From an uncultured Veillonellaceae bacterium (lineage in GTDB: Bacteria; Bacillota; Negativicutes; JARBTT01), in assembly GCA_963805085.1 (NCBI GenBank), contig CAWDTA010000005.1:32001-96000 (forward strand): a DNA stretch of 64,000 bases, given 5' to 3'. Under the pieces are notes generated by a model. It was not told the origin of the DNA. It searched no databases and worked only from the letters and a program-made list of their open reading frames with translations. Position 1 is the stretch's first letter; the number at the start of each line of letters is the position of its first letter. Of this stretch, positions 11,210 to 21,012 are shown one piece after another. The position numbers were made by a program, and so were the translations under genes.

Positions 11210-12814
11210 ATGAGTAAAAAGTATAAAGTAAATGAAAGAACTAAAGTATATTTTATAGGTGCTGGACTTGCTTCCATGTCAGGAGCCTTATTTTTAACTA
11301 GAGATGCTAGAGTGAAAGGAAAAGATATAACAATTTTTGAGGAACTTAATATTGATGGTGGTAGCTGTGATGGATCTGGAGATGCTGAAAATGGATATAT
11401 GATAAGAGGAGGTAGAATGATTAATTATGAACATTATACTGCTATCTTAGATATGTTAAATTCAGTATCTTCTTTGACGGATCCTCAAACAACAGTTAGA
11501 GATGAAATATATAAATTTAGTAATGAAACAAAAACATGTGCACATGCACGGTTAATTGGGAGAGCCCATAATATATTGGATGTTAGTTCATTAGGTTTCA
11601 ATAATAATGATAGAGTTGCTATGGTGAAATTAATGCTTGCTGATGAAGACGAACTTGCCCCAGTTAGAATTGATCAATTATTCTCGCCTCATTTCTTTGA
11701 AACCAATTTCTGGTATATGTGGGCAACAACATTTGCTTTTCAACCTTGGCATAGTGCTTTCGAATTTAAAAGATATGCGCATGCATTTGTAAATGAAATG
11801 CCTCGTATAAATACGCTAAGTGGTGTCCATAGGACTCCTTATAATCAATATGATTCAATTATATTACCAATGCAAAAGCATCTGGAAAAGTTAGGTGTTA
11901 AATTCCAAAACAACGCTAAAGTAGTTGATATTGATTTTAAAGAAGAAAACGGAGAAATGACTGCTAAAGCAATTCATATACTTAGAAATAATAATGAAGA
12001 AGTTATTCAGATCAATGATAATGATCTTGTTTTTATTACAAATGGTACTATGACTGAAAATTCGACTATTGGTGCTATGAACCAGCCTGCTTCTGCTCCA
12101 ACAAAAGAAGGAAATGGATGTTGGGCTTTATGGGAAAAATTAGCTGTTGTAACGCCTGAATTTGGTAACCCAGCTCCGTTTTGTAATAACATTTCTGAAT
12201 CAGTATGGCAATCATTTACAGTAACTTTAAAAGATAAAAAATTCTTAAAGAAATATGTTGAATACTCAAGTAATAAACCTGGAACAGGGGCTTTAATGAC
12301 ATTTAAAGATTCAGGATGGTTTATGAGTATAGTAGTTCCAAAACAACCTCACTTTATCAACCAACCAGAAGATGTTGAAGTATTTTGGGGATATGCACTT
12401 CATCCTGAAAAGCCAGGAGACTATATTAAGAAGCCAATGCTTGAATGTACAGGAGAAGAAATATTCAAAGAACTTTGCTATCAACTTGGATGGATTGATG
12501 AAGTTGATGAATTTATCAAAACAACGATATGTTTACCTTGCATAATGCCATATATTACAGCGCACTTTATGACTCGTAATAAAACAGATCGTCCATTAGT
12601 TATTCCAAAATGCTCAACCAATTTAGCATTCATAGGACAATATGTAGAGTTACCTGATGTTGTATCCTTCACTATGGAGATGTCTGTACGCACAGCTCAA
12701 GAGGCTGTTTATACATTCTACGACCTACATGATACTAAGGCTATTCCACCTTTCTATAAAGGTGAAACAGATATAAGAGTTCTTCTTGGTGCTGCAGCAG
12801 CAATGATGAGTTAG
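11210..12814 (+). CDS. Oleate hydratase (MCRA family)
   Basis: GAGLAS FAD motif, GGSCDG, RGGRM, YNQYDSII, FFETNFW; ATG 11210 after AAGGAGG. Confidence 0.92.
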   Translation: MSKKYKVNERTKVYFIGAGLASMSGALFLTRDARVKGKDITIFEELNIDGGSCDGSGDAENGYMIRGGRMINYEHYTAILDMLNSVSSLTDPQTTVRDEIYKFSNETKTCAHARLIGRAHNILDVSSLGFNNNDRVAMVKLMLADEDELAPVRIDQLFSPHFFETNFWYMWATTFAFQPWHSAFEFKRYAHAFVNEMPRINTLSGVHRTPYNQYDSIILPMQKHLEKLGVKFQNNAKVVDIDFKEENGEMTAKAIHILRNNNEEVIQINDNDLVFITNGTMTENSTIGAMNQPASAPTKEGNGCWALWEKLAVVTPEFGNPAPFCNNISESVWQSFTVTLKDKKFLKKYVEYSSNKPGTGALMTFKDSGWFMSIVVPKQPHFINQPEDVEVFWGYALHPEKPGDYIKKPMLECTGEEIFKELCYQLGWIDEVDEFIKTTICLPCIMPYITAHFMTRNKTDRPLVIPKCSTNLAFIGQYVELPDVVSFTMEMSVRTAQEAVYTFYDLHDTKAIPPFYKGETDIRVLLGAAAAMMS

Positions 12815-12826
12815 TCAAGCTCCCAT

Positions 12827-12889
12827 AAAAAGCTTCCTGACAGGTAAAATTTAAAATTTAAAATTTTTTACCTGTTAGGAAGCTTTTTT
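12827..12889 (+). terminator. Intrinsic terminator
   Basis: aaaagcttcctgacaggtaaaa…ttttacctgttaggaagctttttt. Confidence 0.8.
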
Positions 12890-12962
12890 CATTCGAAGAG
12901 TATAGAGACATTACCTATGCGAGACTAGACAAGGAGCAGTTCAATACCTGCCAGTTGAGCTT
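12887..12962 (+). repeat. Repeat R copy 3 (internally deleted)
   Basis: tttcattcgaagagtatagagacattacctatgcga… fused to the 3' arm of the hairpin (ctgccagttgagc). Confidence 0.75.
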
Positions 12963-13241
12963 TAAAACATAACAATTAAAATCACGCTGTTTGTGTAGTT
13001 CTTAAAATCGATCATCTCCAAAGTTTTGTTATTTTAATCGCCGACTATAATGGGAGCATATCAATGCTGGCGAGACCTCATATATTAATATAATTTCAAT
13101 AAAAAAAGATTTATATGGGATAAGTGGTTGTTTTTTCCTTTTCTAATGAATGTATATAAATAGAGCCGATATACAAGTTATTGTAAATGGAAATCACTGG
13201 CATACCGAACTGTTCAAAATTATTATTAAGGGTAATTGTTT

Positions 13242-13422
13242 ATGAGTACGAGTACAATGTCTTATTCCACGGCGGACTGCTTCGCACCGGAACGAATCAA
13301 AAATTAGAGATTAGCAATATTAATCGCGCGGACTTCCTCATCCAGGGCGTAGTTAACGGCAGTTATGGTGATTACGTGAAAATTTCCTGGGATCTGGGCG
13401 TCTCATCCACAATTATAAATAA
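13242..13422 (+). pseudogene. Internally deleted GH62 copy
   Basis: First ~20 nt of 5600 gene joined to its last ~160 nt. Confidence 0.9.
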
Positions 13423-13550
13423 TATATCTTTCACTATACAAATATCGAAAAATCTGTACCGATATACGGGAAACACACAATTAAGGTAAATAGAAGAGTT
13501 CTTTGGATATATCGGTTTTAAAAAGTATCAAAAATTGAGGAGAAAATCTG

Positions 13551-14744
13551 ATGAAAACAGTGTCCAGTTCAACAAATTTCACGACATCGACAAGTGATGC
13601 CAATATAAATTTAACGTCTACCCAACAAATTATCAGAGGATTCGGGGCGGCTAGTGTGTGGTGCGGAGCTCTTAGCGATGCACAAATGAATACACTTTTC
13701 ACGGATATGGGACTTAGTCTTTTACGGATACGAATTGCGCCCAATGAGAACTGGAGTGGTGGTAACTATAGCGCTTGGGCTGATGAACTTGCCAATGCAA
13801 AAAAGGCTAAAGCTAGAGGAGCTAACGTGTTTGCCACTCCATGGACGCCTCCAGCTTCCATGAAAAGCAATAGCTCTACTATCGGCGGATATCTGAAATC
13901 TTCATCTTATTCCAGTTATGCGAATTACTTAAAGAGTTTTGCGAGTTACCTTTCTAATAATGGTGCCTCACTTTATGCCATTTCGCTTCAGAATGAGCCA
14001 GATTGGGATCCTGATTATGAAGGATGTACTTGGACAGCTTCTCAATTTTGTGATTTCATCAAGAGTTACGGTTCTATCGTTGCCAGCGCTACCAAAATGA
14101 TTATGCCAGAGTCATTGAATTTTAACCATTCCATGTCGGATCCAACTCTTAAGGATTCTACTGCGGCTTCTTATGTGTCGATTATTGGAGGACATCTTTA
14201 CGGAGGAACAATTCAGGATTACACTTTGGCTCGCACAAAAGGAAAAGAATTATGGATGACCGAACACCTGCTCAATGATCAATCATTAAGCGCCTGCCTG
14301 ACTACAGCCGAAGAGATTCATGACTGTATGACCGTCGCCAACATGAATGCTTATGTTTGGTGGTGGGTCATCAGTGACGCCAATGGTTTTTTTAGTAAGA
14401 CGACCGGTGCTGTTCAAAAGCGCGGATATGTAGTGGGCCAATTCGCCAAATTCGTCCGTCCAGGTTACTACCGTGTTACTGCCACTTCCAATCCCCAGAC
14501 CGGTGTATATGTATCTGCCTACAAGGGTGACGGAAAAGCGGTCATTGTTGCCATTAATCAGGGGACTTCAGGAGTCGCTCAAAGTTTTGTGTTTTCGAAT
14601 GGGTCAGTATCCACAATGTCGAGGTATGTTACCGACTCCAGTCAAAACATCGCCACTTGCACATCATTATCTGTATCAAACGGTTCCTACTGGGCATGGC
14701 TGCCGGCACAAAGTGTGACTACCTTTGTCGGCAATCTTAATTGA
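13551..14744 (+). CDS. GH30 subfamily 8-like endoxylanase, no signal peptide
   Basis: IRGFGAA, ATPWTPPASMK, QNEPD, LWMTEH, C-terminal beta domain. Confidence 0.9.
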   Translation: MKTVSSSTNFTTSTSDANINLTSTQQIIRGFGAASVWCGALSDAQMNTLFTDMGLSLLRIRIAPNENWSGGNYSAWADELANAKKAKARGANVFATPWTPPASMKSNSSTIGGYLKSSSYSSYANYLKSFASYLSNNGASLYAISLQNEPDWDPDYEGCTWTASQFCDFIKSYGSIVASATKMIMPESLNFNHSMSDPTLKDSTAASYVSIIGGHLYGGTIQDYTLARTKGKELWMTEHLLNDQSLSACLTTAEEIHDCMTVANMNAYVWWWVISDANGFFSKTTGAVQKRGYVVGQFAKFVRPGYYRVTATSNPQTGVYVSAYKGDGKAVIVAINQGTSGVAQSFVFSNGSVSTMSRYVTDSSQNIATCTSLSVSNGSYWAWLPAQSVTTFVGNLN

Positions 14745-14849
14745 AACTATAACATCAAGTCCAATCGAACTCAAAGTCGGAGCAAGAGGTTTCCTTAAAA
14801 AATCGTAAACAGCTTGAATATTGTTACCGATATGAGAGAGGTGAAACTT

Positions 14850-15391
14850 ATGACTATTAAATTAGAAAAGAAATCAAGCTCTTCAGTCAACGAATTAATG
14901 ATTAATTCAGCCGCTGAAGTAGAAAATGCTAACGTTTCGAAATCTATTGCCTTGTCAGCAAATAGTAGTTATAAAATTCCTGTTTTGTGTTATCACACCA
15001 TTGTTACAACTACAACAGGAACTTACCAAACAGGCTTGACAAGTTAAATGTAATCAAAATATTGAAATCTAGAGGACTGATTGATGGTATCGGCTGTCAA
15101 TCTCACGGTCTCGAAAATGTAAATGTCGCAAATGTTAAGTCAAAACTGGATAGACTTGCAGCTACAGGGTTATCAGTGTATATTTCAGAATTAGATCTCA
15201 ATATCGCAGATGATACTACCCAGAAAAATAAGATGCAGGAACTTTTTCCTGTAGTCTATGAACATTCTGCAGTAAAAGGTGTTACCTTATGGGGTTATGT
15301 ACAAGGCCATACATGGGTTACAAATAGTTATCTGTTGCGTAGTAACGGTACAGAAAGGCCTGCTCTTACTTGGCTGAAGCAGTATAAATAA
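14850..15391 (+). pseudogene. CE4 5' fragment fused out of frame to GH10 3' fragment
   Basis: 14850-15045 matches 6771-6966; 15049-15386 matches 9186-9523. Confidence 0.9.
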
Positions 15392-15399
15392 AAGCTTTT

Positions 15400-15585
15400 T
15401 CTAATGCTACACACGTTGAGTGTGAGAATATGACCAACGGTAGACCATATGCAGGAAATGGAACTACTCCTTCAGTACAAAGCTTAAACGTTTCCTTAGG
15501 TGAAGGGACTCAGCAAGTTAAGCTTCAGGTGGATGATGATACAGGGGCTTGGGATGCCTTTGTAGATTATTATCAAGTAAATTAA
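15400..15585 (+). pseudogene. Orphan, internally deleted CBM36-like module
   Basis: SNATHVECENMTNGRPYAG|NGTTPSVQSLNVSLGEGTQQVKLQVDDDTGAWDAFVDYYQVN*; resembles both ends of CBM36; no start codon. Confidence 0.65.
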
Positions 15586-15615
15586 GTTAATCCATTATTC
15601 AAAAATAACAAGCAA

Positions 15616-15649
15616 TAGATACAGTTACTATTGAAAGTAGCTGTATCTA
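15616..15649 (+). promoter_or_regulatory. Intergenic stem-loop
   Basis: tagatacagttact-attgaa-agtagctgtatcta, no U-tract. Confidence 0.5.
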
Positions 15650-15705
15650 CTGAATTATGAAAATCTAGGTGTAGACAAAAATCAATTAGAAGTGGAGGTA
15701 AAACT

Positions 15706-17061
15706 ATGAATAAAGTATATAAGGTACTAAGTCTTTCGTTTGTTTTTGCTCTGTTTTTTTCAACAATGTGTCATGCGGATAACCCAATTGTACAAACTAT
15801 TTACACCGCTGATCCTGCACCTATGGTATATAATGGTACTTGTTATGTATACACTGGACATGACGAAGATGGCTCAACATACTACACCATGAATGAATGG
15901 CGATGCTATTCCTCAACGGACATGGTAAACTGGACAGATTGTGGTTCACCACTAGCCTACACTGCATTTAGTTGGGCAAAAGGCGATGCATGGGCCGGTC
16001 AGTGTATTCCTAGAAATGGTAAATTTTATTACTATGTTCCTATGACCCAAAAAACTGGTGGGATGGCAATAGGTGTTGCAGTATCGAACAGCCCCACCGG
16101 ACCGTTTACTGACGCTCTTGGATATCCGTTAGTTTCTACTGGCACTGGTGATATTGACCCCACAGTATTTATCGACGATGATGGGCAGGCCTATCTATAT
16201 TGGGGAAACCCCAACCTCCATTATGTAAAGTTAAATCAAGATATGATTTCCTATTCAGGAAGCATTGTAGAGGTACCTCTAACTACAGCGGGGTTTGGGG
16301 TACGTACCGGGGATTCTAAAAGGGCGACTTTATATGAAGAGGGTCCGTGGTTTTATAAGCGTAATAAAATATACTACATGGTATATGCAGCTGGAGGTAT
16401 ACCTGAATATATTTGTTATTCCACAAGCACCAGTCCTACTGGACCATGGACCTATAGGGGTGTAATCATGCCTACTCAAGGTGGCAGCTTTACAAACCAT
16501 CCAGGAGTAATCGACTTTAAAGGAAATTCCTACTTCTTCTATCATAATGGCGCTTTACCTGGGGGCGGAGGCTTCACCCGCTCGGTATGCATAGAAAAAT
16601 TTAAATATAATGCCGATGGTACATTCCCTACGATAAATATGACCACAACGGGTGTGCCTAGTGTCGGCAATCTAAATCCATATGTTACAACCGAGGCTGA
16701 AACAATTTGCTGGCAATCAGGTGTTGAAACAGAAAAATGCAGTGAAGGCGGAATGAATGTAGGCTATATCGAAAACGGGGACTGGATAAAGGTAAAGGGT
16801 GTTAATTTTGGTTCTGGCGCAGCATCCTTTGATGCAAGAGTAGCCTCAGCAACCAATGGTGGAAACTTTGAACTCCGCCTTGACAGCCCGACAGGGACTT
16901 TGGTTGGGACTTGTCCTGTTCAGGGTACTGGCGGTTGGCAGTCTTGGGTTACTAAGTCTTGTAATGTAAGCGGTGCAACAGGAGTGCATGACTTGTACTT
17001 GAAATTTACTGGCGGAAGTGGTTATTTGTTTAATTTGAACTGGTGGAAGTTTAATAACTGA
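15706..17061 (+). CDS. Secreted GH43 (arabinofuranosidase/xylosidase) with C-terminal CBM6
   Basis: Signal peptide, TADPAP, AWAG, IDPTVFIDDDG, EEGPW; CBM6 EAET…IENGDW…NLNWWKF. Confidence 0.9.
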   Translation: MNKVYKVLSLSFVFALFFSTMCHADNPIVQTIYTADPAPMVYNGTCYVYTGHDEDGSTYYTMNEWRCYSSTDMVNWTDCGSPLAYTAFSWAKGDAWAGQCIPRNGKFYYYVPMTQKTGGMAIGVAVSNSPTGPFTDALGYPLVSTGTGDIDPTVFIDDDGQAYLYWGNPNLHYVKLNQDMISYSGSIVEVPLTTAGFGVRTGDSKRATLYEEGPWFYKRNKIYYMVYAAGGIPEYICYSTSTSPTGPWTYRGVIMPTQGGSFTNHPGVIDFKGNSYFFYHNGALPGGGGFTRSVCIEKFKYNADGTFPTINMTTTGVPSVGNLNPYVTTEAETICWQSGVETEKCSEGGMNVGYIENGDWIKVKGVNFGSGAASFDARVASATNGGNFELRLDSPTGTLVGTCPVQGTGGWQSWVTKSCNVSGATGVHDLYLKFTGGSGYLFNLNWWKFNN

Positions 17062-17142
17062 AGTGTAATTTTCACACAAATGCGACTCTGTTTTTGTATC
17101 TCGAAGTTTAATTCATGAAAATTGGAAGGAGAGTAGATTATA

Positions 17143-18519
17143 TTGAAAATAGCAAAGAAATTGTTAATTATGCTTGTATTCTGTGTATTAGTTTCTATTT
17201 CAGGCACTGTCACTGTATTTGCAGATTACCCCTTATTTTACCAGAGATATACAGCCGATCCATCTGGCTTGGAGTATAATGGAAGATTATATTTGTATTG
17301 TTCCCATGATGTATACGATCCCAATAACCCGGGTTATATCATGAATGATATTACTTGTATCTCTACTGATGACTTAAAGAATTGGACCGACCATGGTGAA
17401 GTTTTCAAAGCGTCTGGCTGGGCTAATCTATCATGGGCTCCAGTTGTTGTTAATAGAAATAATAAATTCTATATGTATTATGGAAATGGTGCCAGCGGTA
17501 TAGGTGTTGCAGTGAGCAACAGTCCTGCAGGTCCATTTACGGATTCACTTGGAAAAGCATTGGTAAATGGTAGTACCCCCGGTGTAAACGCCCCTAGTGG
17601 TTTTTGGTGCTTTGATCCAGGTGTTTTTGTTGATGATGATGGGCAAGCGCATTTGTATTTTGGAGGAAATGGTGAGGGAAATACACGAGTAATCAAACTC
17701 GGCAGCGATATGATAAGTGTTGTCGGTTCAGCATCGCAGATTGTTGCTCCACGTTTTTTTGAAGATTCATGGATTCACAAATATAATGGGAAATATTACT
17801 ACTCCTATTCTACCGATTTCTCCCAAGGGGCTGCTGCGATAGACTATATGGTGAGTGACAAACCAATGACCGGATTCCAGTACAAAGGTACTGTATTGCC
17901 AAATCCTCCTTCAAATGACGGTAATAATAACCACCATTCAATATTTACATTCAAAGGAAATTGGTATATTGCTTATCATAACAGAGCTCTTGCCATCCAA
18001 AATGGTATTACCGATACGAATGCAAGAGTATACCAAAGAAGTGTTTGCCTAGATCGTTTGTATTATAATACGGATGGTACCATGCAGCAGGTTAAGTGTA
18101 CAACTGACGGCCTGTCCCAGCTTAAGTATGTAAATCCTTATACAACAAATGAAGCTGAAACAATGGACCAAGAATATGGTATCAATACAGAAGCATGTGG
18201 TGAAGGCGGTCGTGATGTAGCCTATATAGAAAACAATGATTGGATAAAAATAAAAGGTGTTAATTTTAGTTCTAATACAGCATCCTTTGATGCAAGAGTA
18301 GCTTCAGCAACCAATGGTGGAAATATTGAGCTTCGTCTTGATAGCCCCACAGGAACGTTAGTAGGAACTTGTGCTGTTCAGGGTACTGGCGGCTGGCAGT
18401 CTTGGGTTACTAAGTCTTGTAATGTAAGCGGTGCAACAGGAGTACATGACTTGTACTTAAAATTTACTGGCGGAAGCGGTTATTTGTTTAATCTGAACTG
18501 GTGGAAGTTTAGCAAGTAG
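17143..18519 (+). CDS. Secreted GH43 (arabinoxylan arabinofuranohydrolase-like) with CBM6
   Basis: Signal peptide, TADPSG, SWAP, FDPGVFVDDDG, FFEDSW, NNHH; CBM6. Confidence 0.9.
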   Translation: MKIAKKLLIMLVFCVLVSISGTVTVFADYPLFYQRYTADPSGLEYNGRLYLYCSHDVYDPNNPGYIMNDITCISTDDLKNWTDHGEVFKASGWANLSWAPVVVNRNNKFYMYYGNGASGIGVAVSNSPAGPFTDSLGKALVNGSTPGVNAPSGFWCFDPGVFVDDDGQAHLYFGGNGEGNTRVIKLGSDMISVVGSASQIVAPRFFEDSWIHKYNGKYYYSYSTDFSQGAAAIDYMVSDKPMTGFQYKGTVLPNPPSNDGNNNHHSIFTFKGNWYIAYHNRALAIQNGITDTNARVYQRSVCLDRLYYNTDGTMQQVKCTTDGLSQLKYVNPYTTNEAETMDQEYGINTEACGEGGRDVAYIENNDWIKIKGVNFSSNTASFDARVASATNGGNIELRLDSPTGTLVGTCAVQGTGGWQSWVTKSCNVSGATGVHDLYLKFTGGSGYLFNLNWWKFSK

Positions 18520-18527
18520 TTTTATCC

Positions 18528-18580
18528 CCCTTTCAATACCAGTAGCAAGGCTGCCTGCCTTGTCTACTGTATTGAAAGGG
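18528..18580 (+). promoter_or_regulatory. Long intergenic stem-loop
   Basis: ccctttcaataccagtagcaaggc…gccttgtctactgtattgaaaggg. Confidence 0.55.
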
Positions 18581-18606
18581 ATTTATTATACAAGGAGGTA
18601 AGAGTT

Positions 18607-19575
18607 GTGTTAAAGAGTGTGTTGCCCGTGCCTGCCCTATCATTAACTTTAAATAACAACCTGGCTAAAACACCACCGATGGGGTGGAACAGTTGGAACA
18701 TTTTTCAGGGAAACATTAGTGAAAATCAAATCAAACAGATTGCTGATACAATGGTAAGTTCGGGAATGAAGGATGCAGGTTACGTATATCTAAACCTCGA
18801 CGATAACTGGATGGCAAATCCGGCACGTGATGCCAATGGGAACCTAAAGGCTGATCCTAAGCGTTTCTCGAGCGGTATGAAGGCTTTAGCAGATTATGTA
18901 CATTCCAAGGGTCTTAAGCTCGGAATATATGGATGCCGTGGGACTATGACATATATGGGTATTCCTCAAAGCGGAAGCCATGGGTATGAACAGAAGGATG
19001 CAAACACATTTGCTTCATGGGGTATTGATTATTTAAAATACGACAACTGGATGTACCTAATAGCTCCACTACCGACGGAACCCAGTTGATCCAGTGGGGA
19101 TATAGTGGAGGAAATAACCAAAGGTGGATCATTTCCCAAAACAGTGATGGCACATACAAGCTTAATAGTGCAAGCAGCGGAAAAATGGTGGACCTAGCTG
19201 ATAATTCATATAATGATGGTGCTAAAATTGATCAATGGGGTAACAACGGAAAGGATAATCAGAAGTGGTCAATCCTTAGTGTTGGCAACGGGGATTATAA
19301 GATAATAAATAAAGTTACGGGAAAAGCTCTGGTAGTTGAGGATGCATCAGCTGCCGATGGTGCTAAAATTACACAGTGGCAATATAATGCTTCACAAAAC
19401 GATCAATGGCAGATTGTTACCCCGTAATATTTCAACTGGAGTATGTCAAGCAACAGGTGGATCAACAAGTAACCTTGATGTAACTAATATAAATAATGGA
19501 GACTGGATTGCTGTAGGAAACGCTGACCTCGGTACCAAGGGGGCTAAGACGTTTACAGCAAATAGTACCTTAAGT
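18607..19575 (+). pseudogene. Truncated GH27 catalytic domain followed by ricin-B (CBM13) and CBM6 fragments in different frames
   Basis: TPPMGWNSWN, NLDDNW, DYLKYDN then break; QWG…NQRW…NQKW…DQW repeats; INNGDWIAVGNADLG. Confidence 0.85.
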
Positions 19576-19693
19576 TAAAAAATGACTTAAAATCCATGGT
19601 AAACAACCTATTATTCAAAAATAAGAAGTAATAGATTTGATTACTAATAGTAGTAACCAAATCAATAAAAAAATGTAACGAAGGTTTATAAAC

Positions 19694-20584
19694 ATGTTAA
19701 ATACGAGTAAAAGTAAGACTAAATGAATTGGAAATATATGGTACGACGGGAATGCACCTACTCACTTTGCTGACTATTGGAATCAGATAACCCCTGAAAA
19801 TGCCACTAAGTGGGCGTCATGTGAACCATAGCGGAGTGTATACAATTTCAATACAGCCAAAACAATGTACAATTACTGTAAGTCCAATGGAATGCCTTTC
19901 AAGTTCCATACATTAATCTGGGGAGGACAGTATCCAGATTGGGTAAACAATCTCTCCTCTGCAAATAGAAAAATAGAAGTTGAAAATTGGATTAAAAACG
20001 CTGGATCAAACTTTCCTAAGGCAGTTTTTGTTGATGTTGTAAACGAAGCTATGCCAGGGCATAATCCGCCTAGTTGGAAAAATGACATCGGTGGTGACAA
20101 CGGTCTTTATGGCACTGGTTGGGATTGGGTAGTGTGGTCATTTGAAAAAGCCCGCAAATATTTCCCGAATTCTAAGTTATTGATCAATGACTATAATGTT
20201 CTTTCAGATTACGGCAGCTGTATTGATACCTATATCACTGTAATCAATATATTGAAATCCAGAGGCCTAATTGACGGTATCGGCTGTCAATCCCACGGCC
20301 TTGAAACTGTAAATGTCGCAAATGTTAAGGCAAAACTGGATAGACTTGCAGCTACAGGGGTATCAGTGTATATTTCAGAATTAGATCTCAATATCGCAGA
20401 TGATACTACCCAGAAAAATAAGATGCAGGAACTTTTTCCTGTACTCTATGAACATTCTGCAGTAAAAGGCGTTACCTTATGGGGTTATATACAAGGCCAT
20501 ACATGGGTTACAAATAGTTATCTGTTGCGTAGTAACGGTACAAAAAGGCCTGCGCTTACTTGGCTGAAGCAGTATAAAAGCTAG
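19694..20584 (+). pseudogene. Third GH10 copy with two nonsense mutations
   Basis: Colinear with 8641-9534; TGG>TGA at 19724 and CAG>TAG at 19829; shared flanks 19551-19693 and 20585-20875. Confidence 0.9.
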
Positions 20585-20888
20585 TGCATGAGGAGAAAAG
20601 TGACAGGAAGAGAAATTTCGAAAAACTTATCTGATTTTGGTGTTTCATTTGCCCCACAATCATTTGTATATATTGATCGATTTTAGCCGCTTGCCAATTA
20701 GGTGGGCGGCTTTATTTAGTGACAAGAGGTGATAAAATACGAGCATAACAGAATGAGTTATAGAGCAGTACATAAAAAATACTGATGCAGAAATAAATTT
20801 TTTCATGGGATAAAAAGTATAGGACAAGTATCTAAAGATCATAAGAAATTTGAAAAGAGTTGTGAATATCTTATTTTGTCCTAGTCCA

Positions 20889-20920
20889 TTTAAAAAATCA
20901 ATTTTAATGAATGTATATAA
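20889..20920 (+). promoter_or_regulatory. TTTAAAAA-N12-GAATGTATATAA motif
   Basis: 93 nt upstream of the arabinanase ATG. Confidence 0.6.
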
Positions 20921-21012
20921 TTAGAAGCTAGTATACAAGAAAAAAATAATGAAAGGAGTTCTCTGAAATATTGGCTTCTAAAAACCAAATAATTAAAATA
21001 GGAGGTAAAATT

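Larger units (their letters stand above)
12964..15391 (+). repeat. Second copy (module B) of the 5331-9530 xylanase operon with different deletions
   Basis: Promoter, GH62 ends, intergenic regions, CE4 5' end and GH10 3' end all match module A. Confidence 0.9.

Noticed and set aside
15706-19575. Cellulosomal (dockerin-bearing) cluster
   Set aside because: No duplicated dockerin Ca-binding repeats or cohesins; proteins end at CBM6
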